64,000 nt of DNA from Bugula neritina (taxonomy: Eukaryota > Animalia > Bryozoa), in contig OZ037770.1 of assembly GCA_964035545.1 (NCBI GenBank), positions 14,312,642 through 14,376,641 on the forward strand, given 5' to 3'. This document shows, one piece after another, positions 51,466 to 64,000 of the stretch. The translations under genes were made by a program, and so were the position numbers. Each line of letters opens with the position of its first letter. Position 1 is the first letter of the stretch. A model generated the notes under the pieces. It searched no databases, was not told where the DNA came from, and worked only from the letters and a program-made list of their open reading frames with translations.

Positions 51466-54400
51466 TCAGCCATCTGGTGATTCCTGAGCTCTATCGGTGT
51501 GTTCCTGTGGTGGTAAAATATGTTGGTGTATAAACTCAATAGAAATATGTAATCATCCAGTTTATGACAACTAATTTTTGATTTACTTAACTCTTCCTAG
51601 TTATCTATATTAGCAGTTTAAAAGCTTTTTCTAACATTTCAGTCGACTCTCCAGATCCCACTATAAGTTGGGTGATTGATGGTGTTATGGGTGTTTGAAA
51701 AGTGATGATAGCAGCTCTACCAAAGTATTTTAGGGTTGCTGAATGCATGACACTAGTGCGGGGAGGGTGGCAAAGTTGTACAAAAAGGCGTGAATAAAAA
51801 AGAAAAAGTTATTTGAAATTATCAAAATTTGAAAGTTATAAATTTGAGACTAGAATAATTTGAAGGATTGTGCTATTGCTATTATCAAATTAGGCGAAAG
51901 GTAATATTGACTACGGTAGTTTTAAAGCAGTACTGTTGGCAGTACAATGAACGAACGACCCAATAGAATGGAGCATCTTCCATATTGAATCTGATGGCTG
52001 CTATAGAGATTACGACTAGAATATATAATGTAAGCCGTAAGGCAAGGTAGGCTAACCTCACTGAAAGCGCTATCCGATGTATGTCTGTCATCGTTGCTAA
52101 TCTGAGAGGAAAATTTCTTCTGCAGCACCAGATGCAACTCACGGATTTCCTTTTCTTTCTATAAGAAGAAAACAGTGCATAATGGGATAGATGAGTGGAC
52201 ATAACAAGGATGCAATGTCGGCAACTTAGCTTGTGATCTTAAAGTTAGAAAGTTAATTGTACATAAATACTAAACTAACGATGGCTAAATAGTAAAATTC
52301 ATGCAGAATTACGAGTTCATCGTAGCGAAAATAGTTAAGTATTGCCTATTATTAAATTACTAATGGGTGGTATATCTTAAGATCTCAAAGTCTCTAAATA
52401 GTAATTGTCTAGTTTTACTAGTCTGGAATGAAACATCCAATAGATATTAGATGATCCAACATGGCTGCCATGCACTTATTCAAGTCTTCTTTCTAGTTTA
52501 GTCTTACATTTGGTGAATATTTCCGACATTCTATCCATCATACTGCGTGACTTACATAAGTATTATTGTTAGGAGTGCTATTGGTTGCATCACAGGATTT
52601 TGCTGGTATAATGCAGTAGTATAGACTACGCTGAGAGAGGTACTAGCTTTCTCAAGATGTTAGCTAATCCTAGTAGAGCTACCACTGAGTTCCGCAGCTA
52701 TTTTGAGTATTGCCATTCAATAAATTGAAATTCAAACGATTCAGTAGAAAAAATTTGGACAAGGGAGGATAATAAAAATTATGATACTGGCAGTAAGAAA
52801 TGCAAAAAGCGGAGTTATCCACTCTATAAACAGAAAAGCAATGCTGGCTTATAATTACTAATACCTGCTGTACACACACCTGGGCTATTTGCTGCTTCAA
52901 CGTGTCGTTTCTTTCCTTGAGTTCATCCAGGCGTTTCTCGTTCTCCTGATGTATGAGGACTTGCTGGGTTTCGTGTTGGTCCATGTCAATTCTACGTCTG
53001 AGTATAGGAATCATCTGTATAACATCCGAAGAGGGAGTTATCTTTCCATTATAGTCCATAATTTATATGTCATACACAATTTGGAGTTGTGCTTACACTG
53101 GCTTTTATATAGCATTTTCAGTCATTTAAAAATATATGCTACGTATTATATGTTTTTGTGTATGTATCATAAAATAATATTATATAGCAAAACAACATAG
53201 TTGCTAATAATTATTACAATTTCATTATAACCTATTAAATTAGTAAAGGAGGCCAAATATTGATGATGCATTGTAGTAGTACGTGCTATTCAGTATAATA
53301 TTATTCTTTACAAAGCCATCAACACCTTCCATGTGTAAGACAGAGTATTGTGATATTGAAATTGTAATACATATAGACCTGCACATTAGACCTAGACTAT
53401 TCAGGAAATGTAATACTAACCTTAGGAATAAATATAAGACTGAGAGACAGGTAGCAGCTGAGAATGATGGCTACACTAATAAATCCGTAGAGGGCGTTGT
53501 GTTGGTAGGGTATGATGAGTGTGACAGGAACTGAGACTACACACAGCACCTGGGTAGAACAAGTATTGTATCTGCACACACAGTAATACAGTAGATATTG
53601 TATCTGCACACAGTAATACAGTAGATATTGTATCTGCACACACAGTAATACAGTAGATATTGTATCTGCACACGCACAAAGGATTGTGGGAAACTTACCA
53701 GGATGTTATATATCGCCATGGCAACAAACTTCAAGTCGTTTATGACGCGGATTTTTACATTTCGAGTTTCATACGCCAGAAAGAGGCCGGCCAATAGCAG
53801 AAGGCCCTTGTAACTATATATCACAGCTGCAAACACATCAAATATCTCCCGCAGTGAATAAAGAGAATACTGAAGATGCGTTTTGAAACACACACGATAT
53901 AAATAGCAATATAATAGATAATATATAAAACTAACAATGTTACGATTCCTCCTATAAAATGATACTAAACTGTTGAATTTTCGAAACCCGCACATTAGAT
54001 CAACATACCTATCCATTTGGTCATGTGATCACATGAGCAGTGCTCCAGTAGAGGTCGGTATTTGATGTCTCCGTCAGCCGGGTCAGTAGGTAACTGCGCG
54101 TCAAAAGTTTTTATACTTCGTTTCAGTGGATCCAGCGATTGCCATGCAGAAAGTATAGCTATGTCTATCACCAGCAGCGACAGCAATATGTAGTACGGCT
54201 CCGTTACAGGTATAATCTGTAGAATATACGGCTCTGTTACAGGTATAATCTGTAGAATATATGGCTCTGTTACAGGTATAATCTGTAGAATATATGGCTC
54301 TGTTACAGGTATAATCTGTAGAATATATGGCTCTGTTACAGGTATAATCTGTAGAATATACGGCTCTGTTACAAGTATAATCTACAGAACATATGGCTCT

Positions 54401-57400
54401 GTTACAGGTATAATCTACAGAATATATGGTTCAGTTACAAAGATTATCTGCAGAATACAGTATAAGAAAAGTGCTACAGAATACCAATCCGGTTACCAGT
54501 TGACTTATAGTTTTGCTCGGCACGCTCTGGGAGAGTTTGGTGGCTCTGCAGATTCTCCAGCTGTACAGAACTTTAACAAACATGGCGCCGTAGGAGAGGG
54601 TGAAGCCGATAGTTAATGTCCACGTGCGAGCCTGTAACAGACAGTGAGGGTGTGTTTGTGGATAATAAACTACATCATTATACAATATATAATAATATGT
54701 CACATAATATATTGATGTGCGTGCGTGTGAGCATATTAATTTAACATCCAAATTTCAATATAGTGATACAATAGAGATATATCATACTTCTAGAATATTC
54801 CATATAGTGATACAATAGAGAATCTAATAGACTGAGAGAGGATTACCAAGCAGATAGCCGAGTAGGAAACCGGGTTAACCCACTCCCCATCCATGCCAAA
54901 CAAGGTAACACAGGCTAAACACAGAGTGCAGCCAACTGCCATAGAAGAGTTGAGAGACGGCAGGGAATTATAAATTATGCTGAAACATAAAACAGAGCAT
55001 CTAAATAACAACACGGTATATTGTAAAGTACATAATATAAGGCCAATATTCTATCTCAAAATACACTGAAATCTTAGCCTAGCAACCAATTGCCCCTTAA
55101 CTCAACACTGATTGGCCCAGAACTTCAGTTAGATATAAGCAGACGCACATATATTGTATCATTTCAAATAACAATCAGCAGCTTTCATGAAATGAGCTCT
55201 TACCTGTATTTAGCAGTACAAATATTGAAGACGAGAGATACAATAGAGAAGATAATCCCGAGATACGAGAGTGGCAGCATTGCGTATAGTATGTATCGCG
55301 AGAGAACTCTGAACTTGTCTTTGATGATAGTTCTATCAGCTGGGTAACTACCGCCTGCATTCAAACAGGAAATCCTAAGCAGTTGGCAAAATAATAGTAA
55401 CAGGGAGTATGTAGTAACAGCATTAGGGAGTGTGTAGTAACAGCATCAGGGAGTCTGTGGTAACAGCATCAGGGAGTCTGTGGTAACAGCATCTCAATAC
55501 TCCAATGGATGATTTAGTAACAGTCATACAGTAAGTTCCAATGAGAGTGGGTTGGGGCAAAAGTTATATGAACAAAGTGAGCAGAATGGGAATTGGGAAA
55601 TATCAATGAATAATATAATGTAAACTGTACATATTATAACTGTTATGTAAAAACTCTTCACTAAACACTTCCCAAGTCACTTGAAAAGTATAAACTAAAA
55701 CAGAAAATCACAACCACTTGCAACTGTACACTAGAATATAGCCCGATCTTTCTCATATGATGAAACACTGGCTGCAGAAGAGCACCCCTACATCTGTAAA
55801 AAGTTCACTGACCGGCCCACTGATCTGTTTCCAGCCAATCAAGTTCACCGGTTGTGTAGTCATAATAACCAACTGTGTAATACGTCCCGTTCTGCATCTG
55901 CTCTATTTGTGTCTTGGCAATACGATCTCCAGTAGAAGTGAAAGTTACGCGTCCCTGAAACAAAGTGACACTGTGTAGTAAGTATGACTGTACAGTGAGT
56001 ATGACTATACAGTGAGTGTGACAGTACAATAAGTGTGACTATACAGTAAGTGTGACTATACAGTAAGTATGACTATACAGTGAGTGTGAGTGGACAATAG
56101 TGTTTAAGGTATATAAGCACTCTGTGTAATAGCAGCTGGTGCTAATATGAGTACCTATAATTACACACTTACACTTCTGTAGTGACACATGTGTAACAAC
56201 AGCCATAACATTATCCTATTGCCTACCGACACTCCTTCGAAGTCTGTTCTGTTTAAACTGTTTAAAACAGTGTCCTTTATCAAGCTGTCATGATAGTCAA
56301 AACTCTCCAGAGACTTGTTTTCCTTTCTGAGTTTGTCTATAGACTTGTTGAGAGCAAAGCCTAAGGCCCATATGGCATCGTAGGCAAGAGGGGCCTCTAC
56401 GTACCCCGCCAACTGCAACAACAAATATAAAGAACAATGTATACAACTTTAAATTCCAGTCTTTTTAAAAATGTACCAGACAACATGAATTCAGTATACA
56501 AGTATAGAAAAATATATATTACTAACAAGTATAGAGAAATACATATTACTAACAAGTATAGAGAAATACATATTACTAACAACTATAGAGAAATACATAT
56601 TACTAACAAGTATAGAGAAATACATATTACTAACAAGTATAGAGAAATATATATTACTAACAAGTATAGAGAAATATATATTACTAACAAGTATAGAGAA
56701 ATACATACTACTAACAAGTATAGAGAAATACATACTACTAACAAGTATAGAGAAATACATATTACTAACAAGTATAGAGAAATACAAACCCCTGATATGG
56801 AAGTCGCACTTTCATCGTCTTCTGCTACATCTTCAAGGGCCTCTCTTAACCTTTCTTCAAACGCCCTGGTGGTCTGAATAGGTGAAATATGAACTAGTGT
56901 ATAAAATACAAAATTGTGCATAAAATACAAAATTGTGCATAAAAATGAGTAAATACGGGTACAAAATAATGCTAGTACATGCTATAAAGTTGGTATGATA
57001 ACACAATAAATAAGTGGCGAATTCACAGCAATCTAGCTTTTTATCATTAACTCTAGTAAATTGAGTCATTCCTTTCTATAAACCGATATCTAAACCTATA
57101 TTTCAGTCAAGCTGAGACAATTCTGAGATACATTTAATTCTATTGTGTTTTACAATGTTTAAGCAAATGATCAATAATAACACACAACAGTACCTCTAGA
57201 TGTCAAGAGAAGACAACTTTATCACATGACAGATTTGTATAATGAAACAGGCAGTCAGTATTAAATATTTAAAACCATTCTCATAGCCTGGAATATAGCC
57301 TCAGAGGTTATGTTTATGCTCTTACAATGCCAGTGTCCGTGACCTTGTCCTTCTCAAGGTTAAACTGCAGCACTTCTGTGGTAAGGTGGCCCTCTAAAGC

Positions 57401-60400
57401 CACCCTTAGCTGTTGAGGAGTACAGTTTATATTGTCGTCTTCCTTAGCATACCACAAGTCAGGGTACCAGCCTATGATCAGCCAGACGTATCTCTCTCCA
57501 TACAAACCTTCCTTGTAGGCCTGTGGAAATACTCTCAACCATTACAAAATGTTTTGAATTGGTGACACCAAAAAGAAGACGAAAGTTTTAAATAACTTTA
57601 TCTTTTATTTTTTTCTAAAAGATACGATTTGGGTAGAGAAAAGATACTTTACTGCGGGACAACTACCAAATGAGAAGGTAGCATTAGAACAGACAACATA
57701 ACGGGGGAAGGGGGGTAGGGGGTACCTCACAGAACACCCGTCTGGCCATATCCTCGTAGAAAACACCGACTATTATTCTCGCGTCTTGCTTCTTGAGACT
57801 TCGCACCGCCGGGGAAGGGTCTGTCTGGAAACTCTGTCTGATGCTGATCTCCACCGGCTCTACTTCCCCTCCTTTACCCGAGTCCAGTTTTATCACTTCC
57901 TCTAGATTCTTTATAGTCTATAAAACATGAATGATAATAGACAAAAATTTAAAAAAGCTAATTTCTCAGCAGTAATGATGAACAAACTAACAACCTTTAG
58001 TGTAGCAGAAACTCCATCAGGAGTTGTGAGCTCTTGAAAAAACTTCTCAGCTGAGAATAACTAGAGGCAGGTGCAGTAACGGAGAAATCGTGAAAAGCCT
58101 GTGTTCAAGATTAGAAATGTAGCACAAGAAGCTATGCTCTTGCGAGAATTTTTAACCCGCGCCCGAACCAAGATTTATTAATAAAATTGAAGAGCTTAGT
58201 CTATTTCAATTTCTCCACTACTGCTCCTAAATGGATAACAACATGTAATACTTTGTGTTTTGACAAAGCCTAAGTTCTAAGTAGCAATACTAAGAGAGGA
58301 AATTGCCTGCCCACCCGTAGCATTCTAAATACAGACACTCAACCAACTATTGCAAACTCCTTCAACACGCGAGCTTCACATTATGACCATATACTAACTA
58401 TACTTATTCCTGTTGAGTGAGCAGTGAGTTACAGGAAATGACATCACTACTTACTGACGTAAACACTTCTTCCATTTGTTGCAAAGTGGCGATTCTAGAC
58501 CATTTGAACTTTTTGAATAGCTTGAGTCTGGTTGGGTTGTGCAGAGTAGCAGAGGGGTGGGTCCTGAAGAACGTTGGAAATCTGGTGTTATCAGAGAGAG
58601 CTGGAGAACTGGAGCCGTATGAAAGCTATATATAGAACACGTACCATGAGAGTGCAGATTGCAACCAACAAAATTTCATTAACTTCCATAACTGATCAGC
58701 TGGTAATATGTAGTGCACTATTGATAGTATGCAGTGCACTATTGATATACTTTTGTCTTAATGTTTCTGCAATGTACTCTCATGTAATTAATTTTCGTAT
58801 TTATAGATAAGAGAATGTAATTACTTTCAACATTTATAGATCGAAAATGTACTTTAATGTAATTAACTGCCATATTTATAATCATTTGACCTGTGAATGA
58901 CTGCAAATGTGATTAGACTTGTGGCTGTTTGTCTGCAGGGAGTCATGGGAAGAGTTCTTGAGGACCAGAATATCAGTGGGCCAACTTCACAGTTGGTCAA
59001 TATATAGGTGGGTCAAAATGCCCGTTGGTCAATATATCAGTGGGTCAACTTGTCAATTTATCAGGACAAAGTTATGGCTGACTAAAGTGAGCAGATTAGT
59101 GAGTTACTTGAGCATAAACTAGTAAATATATAACATAAACTAGTAAATATATAACATAAACTAGTAAATATATAACATAAACTAGTAAATATATAACATA
59201 AACTAGTAAATATATAACATAAACTAGTAAATATATAACATAAACTAGTAAATATATAACATAAACTAGTAAATATATAACATAAACTAGTAAATATATA
59301 ACATAAACTAGTAAATATATAACATAAACTAGTAAATATATAACATAAACTAGTAAATATATAACATAAACTAGTAAATATATAACATAAACTAGTAAAT
59401 ATATAACATAAACTAGTAAATATATAACATAAACTAGTAAATATATAACATAAACTAGTAAATATATAACATAAACTAGTAAATATATAACATAAACTAG
59501 TAAATATACAACATAAACTAGTAAATATACAAATAACTCACCACTACGAGGTTCCACATCCGAGCTGCCTGAGCCACAAAAGTGGAGACGCCACTACAGC
59601 CGGTCAGCAACATTATCTTTGTGTCATTGTCATAGAGAAGGTCATACATTAGCCTTAGACTGAGTCCTGGCTGACACTACAACGGGGAGATTCATATAGT
59701 CAGTAAAGTTTCACCCGCACTGACACAGGTTTACTTTGCACTAATACAGAGATACAGTGTTAGACAAACACACTACGGTATTCGGCCAGGGATGGTTTGA
59801 GTTAAAATATAGCAACGTCTCAGTATTTATCTGACAATATTTTTTTATCTGACAATATTTGCAAGAGAAATTAATAAAATGACTAAAAAACTTCAAATGA
59901 TGCTAGAAAAAATATTTGTGCTGCCTGTAGGTTCCTGTATGACATCTTCAAGCTAACTCCCAAAACACGAGAGCCAAAGCTGCAGAAGGACTGGCAGAAG
60001 GCATGGCGTTATGTCATAAATTTAAATCCTTAACTTCTACAGCATGTTTCACTTTATAATTTGGTCACAGTTATTGATATTGGTTTAGTTCTAATAATAG
60101 AATACACGGAGTGCTATTTAAAGTAATTATTAGCAAACATTTTGTTTATAGACTATAACCACTTGAATCAACCTTTCAAACTAAAGAGTTAAATTAGAGT
60201 AGCATGTTCAACGTGATATTAACAATTATTAATTCACTTTCACGGCGAAAGAATGAGAGGCAGTAAAGTGCATAGCCTTAGGGCATTGTGGTAAAACCGC
60301 ACGCACACTATTATATAATTGACCTTGAGTCATGTCTCTTGGGAGGAAATATGACGGGCAGCATGAGACAACCCTTTCTATCAATAGAACGCTGCCTCTT

Positions 60401-61713
60401 TGAGAAGAAGCAATCTAATCGTAGAATCAGGAAGTGCAAAGAACTCCCATAATTCCCTGCGTCTGGGAATGCAAGTCTCATTCCTAGACTTTTATGGCTA
60501 TTTGTCACTCATGAAGAAACTCAATATTTATTTAAAAATAATAAGCGTAGATTTTGCATTAATCCATTAATAAGGTTAAACTTAACAAATTCAAAAATAC
60601 TCAAAATAATATCCTAACTTGATGCATAAATATACTATTATGATATTATTTTGATTATCTTAGAATTCTTTTGTAAGTTTCATGTCATTCTAGTAGCATA
60701 TTAATTATTGCATACGAACTACTTTCACTAATTATATTGAAATTGCATTAGCAGTGCAATATTATTCTCCTGTCAAGGTGACAGTAGCTCATATATGCAA
60801 CAATAAACATGCAACTACAACGCTGTGAAAGTGGGTTGAACCACCTTGAAGGATATAAACAAATGATATATAAATACTATTTGTTTATAATATCGTTATT
60901 ATCACCTTGCTATCAACGTCAACAATTTTGAGTTCATAGTCCTGCAGTAAATCGTGTCTGTGGTTAACATCCTTCAGAGCCAGTTCTGCTGCCGGTTTAC
61001 ATCCCACGCCACCGGCCCACCCGCCGGACATGGGGAACATTCCACCAATCAGCAATGTCTTCTTTTCACACACTGAATCATATAAACAGATGGGAAGGTA
61101 ACTTCAACGACAATAAAGAAATTAAACTTCTGATGGGAATTGAGACATCATAAAACAACAAAATAACTACTGCAAAGGCTTAGTAAAAAAGCAGTCGATT
61201 AATTGTAGAGCACAAATAAGTTTATGAGTATTTATAGGTTTAGCATAAAAGACGTCTCAGATATTTTCTTTAGTATACAACTCTATTTGAGTAAGTTTCA
61301 GGGATTCCATTTGTCATCATATCTGTGAGACTGAAATGAATTTAACTCTCTTATCTTTATTTTACTAAAAGATATTATGTTTTATTTTTGAATTATTGGT
61401 AAAATGCAAAACTCTTAAGAATTGATATTTATTTTGAACAGCAGACCCTAAAACAGCTTGTGCTATCAATTTAATTACTACAGGTAGTCTTTTTCAACAC
61501 AGAGATGAATCATGAAATGAATGAGCAATTTAATGAATGCAGCTGCAACAAAAATTACATAACATTTTCAATTATAATGCTTCAATCATACCACTGCGCC
61601 TCCTTTATTACTAAGATAGGAAAATAACACCAAAAATATGAAGTAAAATAATTCTTACCAATTTCAAACACTGCAAACCCAAAACTTTTCAATTGTAGAA
61701 ATAAAATGAACAT
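51466..61713 (-). CDS. GABBR1: GABA-B receptor subunit 1; first and last exons tentative
   Basis: [63 protein letters not shown], 7TM ([12 protein letters not shown]) and coiled coil (KEKEIRELH). Putative signal exon 61713-61659; putative last exon ~51504-51466. Confidence 0.92.
53565..53672. repeat. 30-32-bp intronic repeat
   Basis: CAGTAATACAGTAGATATTGTATCTGCACA x3 next to a GABBR1 acceptor. Confidence 0.85.
54194..54455 (-). repeat. 33-bp repeat duplicating a GABBR1 acceptor and exon start
   Basis: YAG|AT sites at 54217, 54250, 54283, 54316, 54349, 54382, 54415 and 54448. Confidence 0.95.
55395..55492. repeat. 23-bp intronic repeat
   Basis: GTAACAGCATCAGGGAGTCTGTG-type units. Confidence 0.8.
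55968..56090. repeat. 17-bp intronic repeat
   Basis: TGACTATACAGTRAGTR units. Confidence 0.85.
56497..56786. repeat. 27-bp minisatellite starting at a GABBR1 donor
   Basis: ACAAGTATAGAGAAATACATATTACTA, about 10-11 units. Confidence 0.95.
59113..59532. repeat. 21-bp minisatellite starting at a GABBR1 donor
   Basis: CATAAACTAGTAAATATATAA, about 20 near-perfect units. Confidence 0.97.
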
Positions 61714-62356
61714 TTACATAAATGCTGAATATGTATGTCCTATTTTTAGTGAAACAACCTTTAAACACATACCAAGATAAGCAAGGGGAAAGTTCTAGAG
61801 CATGCGATACTGAAGTGCAAAATTCTTTCCAAATAAAAACTAAACTCAAAGGCAATGTCAGGACCGTAACTTGATGGAAAATAATATATTTTGAGGCATG
61901 ATAAAGACTTGCACATCAGTAGGCTGTGTGGAGAACATTAGGAGATAAAAGTAAGCTTTGTATGTAATATCGACACTGGACTACTTATAAAGGTGAACAG
62001 TCACTTGCTACTCATATACACACAGTATATTATATCACACTAGAATATAATATTATAATTTTATACATCAATATAAGAATTCCCAACATGCGATTTAATG
62101 TCATGCATCAAAGTAGAAGAGAATGGAGTCGTTTCCTCTGAGATAAAGGTCGCCGTACACAACATAAATTAGCTCAAGTGTTTTGTTATACAATTTAAAT
62201 ATCTAGCACCATAGAAAATCAATATGGTATTAGCTGATAGAGTGGGGAGGGCAAGTGTGTCAGCGGCATTTGGCATTGACGTGCTCCGCTATTGGCTGAG
62301 TTAATAAGTTTTGACAGCAAAATATTTGATGGGAAAGTGATTCTAGTTGAGTTATA

Positions 62357-63769
62357 ACTATAGATATGAGAGAGACTATATATGAGAGAGACTATAGTTA
62401 TGAGAGAGACTATAGATATGAGAGAGAGGCTATAGATATGAGAGAGAGAGACTATAGATATGAGAGAGAGACTATAGATATGAGAGAGAGACTATAGATA
62501 TGAGAGAGACTATAGATATGAGAGAGAGACTATAGATATGAGAGAGAGAGACTATAGGTATGAGAGAGAGGCTATAGATATGAGAGAGAGACTATAGATA
62601 TGAGAGAGAGAGATTATAGATATGAGAGAGAGACTATAGGTATGAGAGAGAGACTATAGATATGAGAGAGAGAGAGAGATTATAGATATGAGAGAGAGAC
62701 TATAGGTATGAGAGAGAGACTATAGGTATGAGAGAGAGACTATAGATATGAGAGAGAGACTATAGATATGAGAGAGAGACTATAGATATGAGAGAGAGAC
62801 TATAGATATGAGAGAGAGACTATAGATATGAGAGAGAGACTATAGATATGAGAGAGAGACTATAGATATGAGAGAGAGACTATAGGTATGAGAGAGAGAC
62901 TATAGATATGAGAGAGAGACTATAGATATGAGAGAGAGACTATAGATATGAGAGAGAGACTATAGATATGAGAGAGAGACTATAGATATGAGAGAGAGAC
63001 TATAGATATGAGAGAGAGACTATAGATATGAGAGAGAGACTATAGATATGAGAGAGAGACTATAGATATGAGAGAGAGACTATAGATATGAGAGAGAGAC
63101 TATAGATATGAGAGAGAGACTATAGATATGAGAGAGAGACTATAGATATGAGAGAGAGACTATAGATATGAGAGAGACTATAGATATGAGAGAGAGACTA
63201 TAGATATGAGAGAGAGACTATAGATATGAGAGAGAGACTATAGATATGAGAGAGAGACTATAGATAAGAGAGAGAGACTATAGATATGAGAGAGAGACTA
63301 TAGATATGAGAGAGAGACTATAGATATGAGAGAGAGACTATAGATATGAGAGAGAGACTATAGATATGAGAGAGAGACTATAGATATGAGAGAGAGACTA
63401 TAGATATGAGAGAGACTATAGATATGAGAGAGAGACTATAGATATGAGAGAGAGACTATAGATATGAGAGAGAGACTATAGATATGAGAGAGAGACTATA
63501 GATATGAGAGAGAGACTATAGATATGAGAGAGAGACTATAGATATGAGAGAGAGAGACTATAGATATGAGAGAGATTATAGATATGAGAGAGAGACTATA
63601 GATATGAGAGAGAGACTATAGATATGAGAGAGAGAGGCTATAGATATGAGAGAGAGACTATAGATATGAGAGAGAGACTATAGATATGAGAGAGAGACTA
63701 TAGGTATGAGAGAGAGAGACTATAGATATGAGAGAGAGACTGCAGGTATGAGAGAGAAACTATAGATAT
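62357..63769. repeat. ~1.4-kb compound minisatellite CTATAGATAT(GA)n
   Basis: Mostly 18-22-bp units with variable GA number. Confidence 0.98.
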
Positions 63770-64000
63770 TGGAATGAAGCAGTTGCTTAGAACTAACACA
63801 GTTTTGCAGAAAATATTTCAGCGGGAAAATTTGATAGAATTTTTGCTCATTTGGCCACACCTTGTTATAGAATTTATTATAATTAATTCCTTATAATAAT
63901 GCGTTGTCTCCAGCAATGGTGGTCCTATTAAAATTCTCCTTCCCTTATCCTACATGAACTGCTAAATATCTGTCATCTGATTTCGTTTATTCCTCCCTAT

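Overview
AT-rich, intron-rich animal nuclear DNA (invertebrate, probably lophotrochozoan-like; no prokaryotic features). Eleven spliced protein-coding genes were reconstructed by hand from GT-AG boundaries, so internal exon coordinates marked ~ are approximate. In order: C1GALT1-like copy A (3'-truncated by the window edge), an uncharacterised ~225-aa multi-pass membrane protein, WDR77/MEP50, LZIC, C1GALT1-like copy B, ATP synthase subunit b, an orphan hydrophilic protein, AP2M1, RPL22, beta-tubulin and GABA-B receptor 1. Most short ORFs in the supplied track are exon fragments or repeat artefacts. The most interesting signals are: (1) RPL22 intron 2 has two hairpins matching the eL22-binding consensus, flanking a cryptic frameshifting 3' splice site (candidate autoregulatory switch); (2) RPL22 introns 2 and 3 each carry a near-identical 90-nt box C/D-like RNA with a compensatory C/D change; (3) intron-private minisatellites are anchored on splice sites, and some duplicate the splice site itself; (4) drifting 6-nt-periodic tracts sit just downstream of several gene starts; (5) the membrane-protein gene may be horizontally acquired; (6) the C1GALT1 paralogues show clustered amino-acid divergence.
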